From: Eledone cirrhosa
Lineage: Eukaryota
DNA: 64,000 nt
Assembly: GCA_964016885.1 (NCBI GenBank)
Contig: OZ024747.1
Location: forward strand, 76,818,001 to 76,882,000
Reading direction: 5' to 3'
The translations under genes were made by a program, and so were the position numbers. Below are positions 45,321-57,410 of the stretch, piece after piece. The notes under the pieces were generated by a model. That model was given only the letters and a program-made list of their open reading frames with translations, ran no database searches and was not told the DNA's origin. Each line of letters starts with the position of its first letter. The first letter of the stretch is position 1.

Positions 45321-45530
45321 CACTTTAGTATTTACATTACTCAATATTTTCAAGGTAAAGGCTTTATCTTACATAATTATCTCACATAATCTCAAGTCTA
45401 CAAGATTTTGATGATGATATTGTTTATTTTAAGAATGATATCTTAACATTGGTGTGAGCTGCTGGTTATGGTTGGTTTCAGAAAGGGGAAAGAATTCTTG
45501 ACGAATACAGCCAGTTTAAATACTAAAGGG
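45321..45530. mobile_element. piggyBac-type MITE (same family)
   Basis: ttaa-cactttagtattta...taaatactaaaggg-ttaa. Confidence 0.8.
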
Positions 45531-46798
45531 TTAAGTTTTTTTAAAAAGGTGTTCAAAATCAGTTGAAGTCAACTTTACTGTTGATTTTATGTCTTTAAGT
45601 ATTGGATATGAGAAATAGCATTAATATACTGGACAACAAAATATACCCATCTCCCCATATATTTCAGACTTTGATTAACAAGATCCCAGACTTCATTCAC
45701 TTACCGAGTGGGATGGAACTTGTCAAATTGGACCAAGAAAACAATGTTTCCATTGGTCTTTCCCTTGCTGATACTATCTACCCGTCATAACTCCTGGCAG
45801 AAAGACCAATGAGAAATAAAGTATCTTGCTCAAGGAAGGGGCCTCAAGGCTATGAGTTCAATTCCCAAACCAAGCCATGCCTTATGTCTTTGGCTTTGAA
45901 TGAATATGAAGAACTAATAGGGGTATCTCTACATGGTTGCTTAACATGCTAAAAATAGTAGCTAAATCTCTATCAACCCGGAAACTTCATATTCTACTGT
46001 CTTAGGAAAAACAACACATTAGGAATGTAGTCCTAGATATTACATCATGCGTGAAAAGGTCTGACCTAGGCCTAAACAACAAGTAATATTTTAGAAAAAT
46101 GGGATATATCATAGATTTTATGAATCTAATCTGTCAGTGTCGCATTTCAGGAAAATCGCCACATTCAGTGGGACCAAATGCAAAACCACACTATTTAGAT
46201 TGGGCTTGACTGAAGTGAAGGCACATGACTTAGTGGTTAGAGAACTGGATTCACAATCATGAGACTGCAAGTTCAATTCCTGGACCAGGTGATGCTACAT
46301 GTCCTTATGCAAGACACTTTATTTCACATTGCTCTTTCTGCCAGAAACATAAAAGGAAGAAAACTCTATACCACAAAGCATGTTGTCCGATGCTCTACCG
46401 ATTCTACTGCCAATCCACTGTTATTGTATAGAGTAATGAACAGAAGCAGGATAAAGGACAAGCAACTATCTCAATCAACTTAAATAGAAAGTGTTGATGG
46501 TGCAACAGTTGAAATGTTCTCATAACATCACATTCTGTCGATCAAATGACATTTACAATAACAATCTAATATTTGCACTCATAATCTCAAGTGTGTATAT
46601 CTTTTAATTAATGACAACAAAATACACACGCAGTTCTTTGTATTCTCCTGACATTTTGGTTTCGCAACAGAGTCTATTAGTAAAGCTGTCATTCTAGAAG
46701 ATATTCACAAACTGATTTTAACTGAGATAGGCGGAGCCTTCTTTCAACAAACATAAATTCATGCTGCTAAATCAATTTTTGATGATTAACTTATCACA

Positions 46799-46989
46799 AA
46801 TAATTGTTTCTACTTTTGGCACAAGGCCAGCAATTACCCAGTGTATTACTGGTACTTTATTTTATCGACCCCGTAAGGATGAAAGGCAAAGTTAACCTCG
46901 GCACGATTTGAACTCTGATCATAAAGGGTCGTAATTCCATGCTGCACAGCATGCCGTCCATCCTCTACCAATTCTGCCAATCCACCCCC
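46799..46989 (-). mobile_element. SINE family 1 copy
   Basis: Reverse complement of consensus. Confidence 0.85.
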
Positions 46990-48756
46990 TTATCAATAAT
47001 TATGATGATAGTATTAGACATGTTCTTCATGTAGAGATATAAAATAGAGTGTCTTGTCTAAGGTTCAATTGTTTAGCATAAAAAAAATTCTAATTTCTTT
47101 TAGATATATTAACATATTTAGATAGCATGCACTAGTGTTTACCAATGGGCTCCATGTTACCAACATAGCCTGTGCTACCATCAGGGTTCCTGCAGTTATA
47201 AGTTGGGGCAGGGATTAAAATCAAGAGTTACAGGACCATGTATGCATTCATAATACTAATGAGTACTAATGAGTATTATGGGACAAGACACAGTATAAAT
47301 ATATAATACATGTATTTATAGAGTAGATTCTCTTGTTTAAGGTTTAGCACTTTAGAATTGATAAGGCTAATAGTGTTAACTTTATGGTATGTGAGGAGGG
47401 ACCAGCAGACCACCTTGAGGTGTATGCTGTGTATGTAAGGACATTGTGTGTATGTTGGTATGTGTGTGTGTGTATGTTGGTATGTGTGTGTGTGTATGTG
47501 TGTGTGTGTGTGTGTGTGTGTTGGTATGTGTGTGTGTTTGTTGGTATGTGTGTGTGTATGTTGGTATGTGTAATGGTTCTCTACATGGTACAGCAACACA
47601 TCTCTTACTTTAAAGTAGTTTAATTGTAAACAATGGATTTATAAAGTTCACAATACAAGTACTGATGTATATGACATGGGTGGAGGTGATGATGGTGGTG
47701 GGGAAATGTAGTGATGGTGGGGTGGTTGGGGGTTGTGGTGGTGGGGGAGGGGGTAGATGGCGGTGATGGAAGTGGTGACGGTGGCTGAGAAGATAAAAAT
47801 GAGGAGAGAGAGGGGAAGGGAGAAAAAGAGAAAGAGAGAGGAGAGAGAAGAAAGAGACATGTAAAGGAAGACAGAGAGGCACCAACAGCTAAGCTCTGGT
47901 CTGTACTGAGATCAGAAAAGATTGCTGGAGGTGAAGGATACTCTATGTCACACATATACAAATACTAAACAGATAAAAACAAGGACATCTTGATGATAGA
48001 ACTACCAGATAGACAAACACTCTGTTGACAAAGAGATCGATAGAATAAATATTTAAAGTCCTGTGAAGATTTAGCTGAAAATACCACAAAATAGGGTTTG
48101 TTAATTCAAATAGTTATAGTATCTTTACTGTTGGAAAAATCACTAATGACAGTAAATATGGTTTCTTATTTGTAACTTTTGTTTCCATTATTTACACACG
48201 CACCTTAAATATACCCACATACTCCCAACACACCCACATACTCCCAACACACCCACATACTCCTAACACACCCATCCAACACACACACCAACACACCCAT
48301 CCAACACACACACCCCAATATACCCACACACACCAACACACACATCCAACACACACCCCAATATACCCACACACACCAACACACACCCCAATATACCCAC
48401 ACACACCAATACACACACCCCAATATACCCACACACACACCAACACACTCATCCAACACACACATACCAACATACACAGATACATACATATATATGCCAG
48501 AGTGGTGAAATATACTATTTTAATTTAATCTGATTTATTCTATTTTATTTATTTATTTTGACCTAATGTAAAACCCCCACAAGAAACTGCAAAGACATGT
48601 AGAGTCAGACCATCTGCTTTGCAGTCTTTAGCCCTTTTGATACCAAACTGCCTGGAACTGGCCTTGGTTCTATGATCCAAAATTGTTTTGAATTGTGCTC
48701 CAAACATCATATTTTGATAATATTTGAAAATCATAGGAAGTGTATTTTGTTATTAA

Positions 48757-49357
48757 CCCTTTACCATTTACATTGGACCAGGTGATGTGTTGTTTCCTTG
48801 AGCAAGACACTTTATTTCACATTGTTCCAGTTTACTCAGCTGTAGAAATGAGATGATAGGATTGAGGTCCCTATCATTCCACTGCACGTGTAGGTGCCAT
48901 GGAAAAAAAAGCACCCAGCACTCACTGTAATTTGGACATGTAGGTGCCATGGAAAATAAAGCACCCAGCACTCACTGTAAATGAAGTTGGTGTTAGGAAG
49001 GGCATCCAGCTGTAGAAATCAAGCCAGAATCAGTTCCCGTATGAGCAAGACAAGGTCAGCCGACTGGACACTGCCCACAACAGGACAACCCATCTAACCC
49101 ATGCTAGCCTGGAAAAACAGACGTAAAACGGTGATGTTGATGATGATGATGATTACTCTATATTTACTATCATATTTTCACAGAAAAGGTTTTATTTAAC
49201 ATAAGAATCTCACATAATATCGAATCTATGAGACTTAGATGTTATTCATTTTCAGAACAATACCTTAATGTAGGTATGAGCAGCCAGTTATGGCCAGTTT
49301 GAACAGAAAGAGGTGAGAGAATTCTGGCCGGATATGGCCGGTTTAAATGTTAAAGGG
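48757..49357. mobile_element. piggyBac-type MITE interrupted by a 5'-truncated SINE (about 48775-49152, ending in (GAT)n)
   Basis: TTAA-flanked TIRs; internal sequence resumes after the (GAT)n tail in register with uninterrupted copies. Confidence 0.75.
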
Positions 49358-49644
49358 TTAAATAGGGTAATGCTAGCTGTGGATTGTTAAGCAAGGGTGG
49401 ATGTATCTTGTAATGAGGTAAGAATATGAAATTTGAATGTATTCATAGGGAAAATATCAGCAATCAATTCACTTGCTAAAGACAGACTAACAAATATATT
49501 ATTCTTTTACTGGAGTGAGGCCATGCTGGGGCACCACATTCAAGGAATTTTAGTCAAATATATAGACCCATATTTACCTTTTTATTGATTTTCCTTTGTC
49601 AAAGTATTATATTATGAGATATAGGAAGAAAAAGCAATGTAAAT

Positions 49645-49691
<47 letters not shown>

Positions 49692-49695
<4 letters not shown>

Positions 49696-49862
49696 AAAAA
49701 GTATGACCCCGACGGCAGAGCTCAAGCCGTTTCGACGGCTATTTCTGGACCAGAAATAGCCGTCGAGGTCATACTTTTTCCTATTTCCCACTCTACTACT
49801 CTAAGTATTGAGTACTCTGGTGCGTTATGGTCCATCTGGTTCCTTACCACAATTCCTTTGTT
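49692..49862 (-). mobile_element. Fold-back element holding the 3' two-thirds of an HHR
   Basis: Minus strand: gacggctatttctg gtc cagaaatagccgtc-GAAA-cggc ttgagctct gccg-TC-ggggtcatactttttcct, with an inverted copy of the tail replacing CUGAN; between (TA)n tracts; diverged relative at 4850-4900 (+). Confidence 0.7.
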
Positions 49863-50224
49863 ATATATATATATATAACCTCTGCCAAAAAACAATGTAT
49901 ACGCACTTTAGGAAAAGAAAGACTTGTATAAATATTTAACTTGTTTAAACACACACACACACACACACACACACTTACACACAAAAGATGGATTTCTATG
50001 TTGAGATATCTTGATGCAAGAAATGGACTACTGAATAATTGATTATATATATCTTTTCCTGAAGTGTGTATACATTTTATAGGCAGGCTCTGTATATACA
50101 ACAGGCTTCTATACAATTTCGATCTTCGAAATTCACTCACATGACATCAGTCAACCCAAAGCTATAGAAGACAATAGCTCATTATTTTGTAAAAACATAC
50201 AGTTTGGTGTATAATGGGTTCTTA

Positions 50225-50428
50225 TTTAGGGACAGGGTCAACAATTTGGAGGGAGGGGGAGTAAAGTAGATTAAATTGACCCTAGTGCATTACTGGTACT
50301 ATATTTTATCAACCCTGTAAGAATGAAAGGCAAAGCTAACCTCACTAGAATTAAACACAGAACAAAAGGATGTAACCCTATGTCACAAAGCATAGTGTTC
50401 GATGCTCCACTGATTACTACCAATCCGC
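50225..50428 (-). mobile_element. SINE family 1, diverged copy
   Basis: Core atgaaaggcaaag and tactggtact retained. Confidence 0.7.
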
Positions 50429-50560
50429 ATTCCTAGTTTCATGTATAATACAAAACACTTTATACATAATTACATACATAAACAAGAGAATTTCAAAGTT
50501 TCATACACACACTTAAATTTTAACAACTGAGAAAGGACCTCTATATATTGAATAATTTAA

Positions 50561-50740
50561 CCCTTTAGCATTTATACCGGCCATATCTGGCCAGAATTCT
50601 CTCACCTCTTTCTATTCAAACCAGCTGTAACCAGCCACTTATACTGATGTTAAGGTATTGCTCTCAAAATAAATAATATCAAAATCTCATAGATTAGATA
50701 TTTACAATAGTAAATGTAAAGTAATGTAAATGCTAAAGGG
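50561..50740. mobile_element. piggyBac-type MITE
   Basis: TTAA target duplication and TIR ccctttagcattta/taaatgctaaaggg. Confidence 0.85.
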
Positions 50741-51480
50741 TTAAGAGATAAGAAATTTTAACTTTGGTATAAGATGAAAGGATGAGCTCTGATCAGTTAA
50801 ATTGGCCCCAGAACATGACTAAAAAAGTCTAAAGTCTGTCTCATCAAGCCAGTGGTTATCACAGTTTCCAGGGTGTGAAGCAACTGAGAGAGAGTACAAG
50901 GCTCCTTCCTGGACAAGACACCAGTTAATCGCAGGGTTAAAACCCCAGCTATTGCTGGTACTCATTTTTAGTTGGGTTTACTCGAGTAATGAGAAATGAA
51001 GATCACAACACACAAACCATTCCAGGAATCAAACCCACATTATCACCATAAGTCCAACAAGCTTACCACTAGGCCATGCACCTCTATTACTGGCACCTGC
51101 TTTGTGTGTTATGTACATATCTTAAGCCCCAGTATTTAATGATGCAACAGTACTAATCACAACAGTTATTTTTTATATAAGCACGAGACCAAAAATTAGA
51201 ACAAACAGCATAAAGCATTCATCTGTCACTAACAATTTCTTTAATTCACTGGAGTGAACTGGTACTTAATTGATAAACCAACAGATCGAAATACAAAATT
51301 AACTAAAGTGGGATTTGAACTTAAGAGTTCAGATAATTAAAACAAATGCTACAAAGCCTTACTCACTATCTAACACGTTATCAACCCGACCAATTTGTTG
51401 CCTTCATTCATTTCAATCATAACTATTAACAGATTTCATATCCTAATTTACTTTTACCTGTTTAAAGATTTAACAATAGC

Positions 51481-51585
<105 letters not shown>

Positions 51586-52211
51586 GTGTACATTTATATA
51601 TGCATATATATTTATATATATGCATATAGGGAGATATAGGGAAGATGTATGTAAGGAGGGGGTACATTAATTTTTTTCCTACCCTTTTAGAATATTAGTT
51701 CAGTTCAGCTGGCACTGTTGGCTTTCGGAGTGTGGGTTGGGGTGGGGGAAGAGATTTAATTGGCTTTAATCAATCATATATAAGACTGTTGACAACCTTC
51801 AGAAAACGAGTTCAATCTTCATTTATGGAGAAGCATTAAAGACGGAAGGGTGAGAGGGTCAGATCAACGCTGCTCTCTGTCTCTCTGCCAGCCAGTTTAA
51901 TTGAATGGGCTTATGGAAGATATGGTGTAAGAGATAATAAGGTAGTAAAATAGATTTGCGATGAGCATGACTGGTTATCAATCAGTTGCCAAGGTAACCT
52001 CTATATCTCATCAATTATGCATGAATACATTGGTGGGCTGCATCTCTCTTTTACTTGACAATGATTTCTTTAGCACACTGTTAAGACGACTGGCAGAAAG
52101 CGATGAACCGTTAAGACACTCTAAATACCAACATATACAATAGCAGCAGTGGTAGTAGTAGCTGCAGTGGTGGTGGTAGCAGTAGTAGTGGTAGTAGTAG
52201 AAGTAGTAGTG

Positions 52212-52713
52212 AGAAGGCGAAGAAGGCAAAGAAGAAGAAGGCGAAGAAGAAGAAGAAGAAGGCGAAGAAGAAGAAGAAGGCGAAGAAGAAAAAGAAGAAG
52301 GCGAAGAAGAAGAAGAAGGCGAAGAAGAAGAAGAAGGCGAAGAAGAAAAAGAAGAAGGCGAAGAAGAAGAAGAAGAAGGCGAAGAAGAAGAAGGCGAAGA
52401 AGAAGAAGGCGAAGAAGAAGAAGAAGAAGAAGAAGGTGAAGAAGAAGAAAAAGAAGAAGAAGAAGGCGAAGAAGAAAAAGAAGAAGGCGAAGAAGAAGAA
52501 GAAGAAGAAGAAGAAGAAGAAGAAGAAGAAGGCGAAGAAGAAGAAGGCGAAGATGAAGGCGAAGAAGAATAAGGCGAAGAAGAAGAAGAAGGCGAAGAAG
52601 AAGAAGGCGAAGAAGAAGAAGAAGGTGAAGAAGAAGACGGCGAAGAAGAAGAAGGCGATGAAGAAGAAGGCGAAGAAGAAGAAGCCGAAGGCAAAGAAGC
52701 CGAAGAAGAAGAA
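52212..52713. repeat. (GAA)n-GGC compound purine-rich satellite
   Basis: Direct inspection. Confidence 0.95.
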
Positions 52714-53377
52714 CACACAGCAGCAGCAGCAGTGGTGGTGGTGGTAGTGGTGGTGGTGGTGGTGGTGGTGGTGGTGGTGGTGCTAGAGCCTGGTTGTGAT
52801 GCATACTTAATTTACATAAAGAATTTTTTTCTCTCTTTTTCCTGAAAATTGAGATTAAATGCAAAGCGAGGAATCTTATCAATAAGAGAACAGAAAAGAT
52901 TGCTAAGAACTCTGCCAATCTAGGCAGAAAATTCCAGACCATTATTGAGAAACCTTTAAAAGGAACATGAGAATGTCACATGTTTCGTTACTTTACTATA
53001 TAATGGAACTACAAGACAGCAGACTCCTCCTACTTTTACTACTACTACTACTACTACTACTGTGCTACTACTACCATTGGTGGTGGTGGTGGTGGTGGTG
53101 ATGGTGGTGGTTGTAGTGATGGTGGTGGTGGTAGTGGTGGTGATGATGGCAGTGGAGGTGATGATGATGATGGTAGTGGAAGTGATGGTGATGATGGAGG
53201 TGGTGATGGTGATGGTAGTGGTGGTGGTCATAATGTTGGTGGTGGTGGTGATTATGTTGGTGGTGGTGGAGGTGGTGATGGGGATGATGGTGACGGTGAT
53301 GATGGGGATGGTGTTGATGGTGTTGATGATGGTGATGACGGATATATGAAATATAATGATCATTATGATAATGATAG

Positions 53378-53569
53378 GGCGGTGGATTGCCAGTATCAGT
53401 AGAGGGTCGGACGCCATGCTTTGACGTATAGAGTTACGGCCCTTGCCATTCTGAGTTCAAATCCTGCCGAGGTTAACTTTGCCTTTCATCTTTACGCGGT
53501 CGATAAAATAAAGTACCAGTAATACACTGGTGAATTTGCTGGCCTTGTGCCAAAAGTAGAAACAATTAT
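53378..53569 (+). mobile_element. SINE family 1 copy
   Basis: Matches consensus end to end. Confidence 0.85.
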
Positions 53570-55397
53570 GATAATGATGATGCTGATGTATAAAATAAAA
53601 ACAGGGGAGTCTGTGATGTAAGCCATCTGTTATAGCTGCCTTAACTACTGTTACCTCTACTACTACCACCACCATCTACACCAACACCACCACCACCACA
53701 CCATCAACACTACTACACCACCACTACCACACCACACCATCAACACCACCACCAACACTACTACACCTCCACCAACACTACTACACCACCACCACTACCA
53801 CACCACCACCACACCAGCACCAACACACCACCACCACCACAACAACAACAACACCAAGACTACTACACCACCACCAACACTATCACACCACCACCTCGCC
53901 ACCAACACCACCACACCATCAATCCCACCAACATCACCGCTACTACACCACACCATCTACACCACCACCACCACCACTACCACCACAACAACACCAAGAC
54001 TACTACACCAACACCACCACACCATCAACACACCACCAACACTATCACCACTAACAACACAACACCACTACACCATCATCACCACCACAAATACCAAAAT
54101 ACCATAACACCAACGCCACCACAAACATCACTGACACCACACCACTATCATCAACACCACCATCACCACAGCATCAACAACACTACCACCACCACTACCA
54201 CCACACCATCGCACCATAAACACCAACACCACCGCCACAAATACCACCAACACTACTATACCACACCACCAACCTCACCATCACGACCACTAAACTTCCA
54301 ATAAATCTTTACACAGCTTTTTAATATATCATTGTTGTTGTTGTTGTTGTCTTAGTGAGACCAAGTCTGTCTACAATTCCATTCCATGATTATATTTGTT
54401 GTCTTTCTCCACCTCCACCCCACCCCCTAAAATTATTCATGCTTCCTGGTTCTCTCTTGAAGAACCCCTCCCCCACAACTTCACATAACATTCTATACAC
54501 ATTGCCTCGAAACCAATATATTTATTTGTTTAAACCACTTAGCTGTGAACTGGCAGAGTCATTAGAGCGTGGGATGAAATAGCCACCTTCAGCTATTTCT
54601 TCTGACTTTCTGCACTCAGGGTTCAAATCCTAGCATGGTCAAATTTGCTTTTCAGTCTTTTCAGGTCAATAAAATATAGTACTATTCTCAGCAGTGGATT
54701 GGTAGAAATTATTAGAAAATCAGGTGAAATGCTTTGTGATATTTGTTCTGTCTTTGTGTTCTCTGGTCAAAATCCCACCATGGCCTACATGGGTGGTAGA
54801 TTTAATTCATTGTCAAATGTTAACTCCACTATCTCCACCACCACCACTTGGTCCTTGGATACTTTAAGAGGGTCCAATCTCTTGTTGTTGTTACAGCTCA
54901 CACCTATGCAGGTTTTAGCTGGCCTCCTCCAAGATTGGGGGTGTCTTGTGTGATTTAATGATAGGGGCCCCAGTCCTATTATCTCACTTCTACAGCTGAG
55001 CAAACTGGCGCAACGTGAAATAAAGTGTCTCGCTCAAGGAAACAACACATCACCCGGTCCGAGAATTAAACTCACAACCTTTTGATTGCAGGCCCAATGC
55101 TCTAACCACTAAGCCATGCACCTTCACATGCATTTGAACCAGGACTTGTGTTTGAGAATACATCCCTCCCTCTTTCCCACCTGTCTCAGAGGATCAGAAA
55201 AGGAACATGGACACTTTCCTTTCCTCTCTGACTTAACAGTAAAATATAAAAATGAAATAAAGTGCTAGCCTAGCAGTTATATCTCAGCCACTAGGCATTG
55301 TAGTTTCACTTGGTTAGACAAATAAAGACATAAAAAGAATGAACTAAGTTCTTTAGTCCCTCGTTAGCACACTATGATTTATTAGAGGCAATAATTA

Positions 55398-55899
55398 CCA
55401 TACATACTCGAATCTAAGCCAAGGAATATGTGACCCAAAACATCAATGGTAGAAAGAAGTTGGCTATATTTGGGATCAATATTTTGACGATTTTCACCAA
55501 CTTCAAATTCTATGTAAATAAGGTTTGGATTTTTGCCCATTTCTAAGACATAAAATAATTGTTTCTACTTTTGGCACAAGGCCAGCAATTATTCAGTACA
55601 TTACTGGTATTTTATTTTATCGACCCCGTAAGGATGAAAGGCAAAGTTAACCTTGGCGGGATTTGAACACAGTCCGTAAAAGGACGTAACTGTGCTGCAA
55701 AGCATGGTGTCTGACGCTCTACCGGTACTGCCAATCCACCACCCATACATAGAATAATGGGGTCAGCTTATATTTGTACCAGCTTATATCTGTACCACCT
55801 TATAGTTGTACTACTTTATATTTGTACCAGCCTATATTTGTACTAGCCTATATTTGTACCAGCCTATATTTGTACCAGCCTATATTTGAGTATATACAG
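55398..55899. mobile_element. pogo/Tc2-like MITE with nested SINE and a 16-bp subterminal tandem array (about 55765-55890)
   Basis: TA-flanked TIRs ccatacatactcgaatctaagcc / agcctatatttgagtatatacag; an uninterrupted relative lies at 44891-45070. Confidence 0.7.
55554..55744 (-). mobile_element. SINE family 1 copy nested in a pogo-like MITE
   Basis: Reverse complement of consensus; interrupts the MITE at 55398-55899. Confidence 0.85.
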
Positions 55900-56384
55900 T
55901 AATACCCATTCTCAGTTAAAGTACAAAACAGAATTAATAATCTCTCAAAAACTGAAAGCAAAACAACATTGAGGTTAAGATATTAGATGGTATGGACCCA
56001 TAACTCCTGAGGGAGTTGTGAGGGCACCATATTGACACATGGCATTTTGTAAAGATATTGGACAAGGACAACATAATTATCGGCTCAAATATTTCCTAAC
56101 AGCTATTAGAATGAGTATCTCAGTATGATACATAACTCTTCCTGCTAGAATATATACTTGGCTGATAATAGCTAAGTATTTCTACTTTATGGCTCATGTT
56201 GCAAGTGATGAAAAGATCAGTCAACCATAAAAAACATCAGTTTCGACATGCAGCTAGATCATTTGTAAAATCTATCCCATATTACTACTGCAGAAACAAT
56301 AACCAACAAGTCAAATTTTGCCAAATAAAAAAAAATCATAAGTTGTCATGTTACTATAGAAGTAATTCTGAACTAAATCGAATC

Positions 56385-56635
56385 AGTCGACAAGATCCCA
56401 GATCTCATTCACTTACTGAGCTGGGTGGAGCTCATCAAATCAGACCAAGGAAACAATGTTTCAATTGGTCTTTCTTTTGCTAATATTATCTACCAGTCAT
56501 AACTCCTGGCAGAAAGAGCAACATGAAATAAAGTGTCTTGCTCAAGGACATAACGCACTGCACAGTCTGGGAATAGAACTCACAACCTCACAATTGCAAA
56601 TCTAATTCGCTAACCACTAAGCCAGATGCCTTCAC
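56385..56635 (-). mobile_element. SINE family 2 copy with long 3' body
   Basis: Head gaaggcatctggcttagtggttag, V-like core; body gaccaaggaaacaatgtttc also seen near 24.8, 32.7, 38.0, 45.7, 56.9 and 57.8 kb. Confidence 0.75.
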
Positions 56636-57114
56636 CGAAATTTAGTGTATTACAAGTTTTTTTTACTTGAAAATAAGATTTAATTTTATTTTCATTCTTG
56701 ATATTCTAAATCTAAATAGGATTACAAAAGTGAAAATAATCCTAGCTTATGACAACAGAGTGAAACGAGTGAGAGATATCTATTTATGTCAAGTTTAACC
56801 CTCTTGATACGAAATCACTTCAGATCACACCTGGTTTGATGATAAAGGAAATCTCTGATTTAAAATGTTTATATTTATCTGCCAGGAGTTGTGATTGGTA
56901 GATTGTATCAACAATGGAAACACTGATTGGTCTTGTTTGATGAGTTCCACATTCACTTGGTAAACAAATGAGGTCAGGGATCTTGTCAATCGAACTCTAA
57001 GCTATTATCTATCTGAAAACCTATCATAATTTTATATAAGAACCATAGTTAGATTATGCCCTCAAACAAAATAAGAAAATTATATACTTAAACATTAAAT
57101 TTCCTCGTTATTTT

Positions 57115-57410
57115 CACTTCCATTAACTCAATGAAATGCCATGTTTAACTCATATTTCTTATGAAAGACATTGTCTATAATTTTAACATAATTTTGAAAA
57201 TAATTGTTTCTACTTTTGACACATGGCTAGCAATTATGCCAGTGTATTACTGGTACGATAAAATAAAGTACCAGTAATACACTGGTATAATTGCTGGCCT
57301 TGTGCCAAAAAATAAAAACAATTATTTTCAAAATTATGTTAAAATTATAGAGAATGTCTTTCATAAGAAATATGAGTTAAACATGGCATTTCATTGAGTT
57401 AATGGAAGTG
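57115..57410. repeat. Fold-back inverted duplication centred on a SINE family 1 tail
   Basis: About 140-bp arms that include the SINE 3' end plus about 85 bp of flank; several substitutions between arms. Confidence 0.85.

Noticed and set aside
52011-52942. Long Ser/Pro, Phe/Ala, Leu/Arg and Lys-rich ORFs
   Set aside because: Translations of the (GAA)n-GGC satellite.
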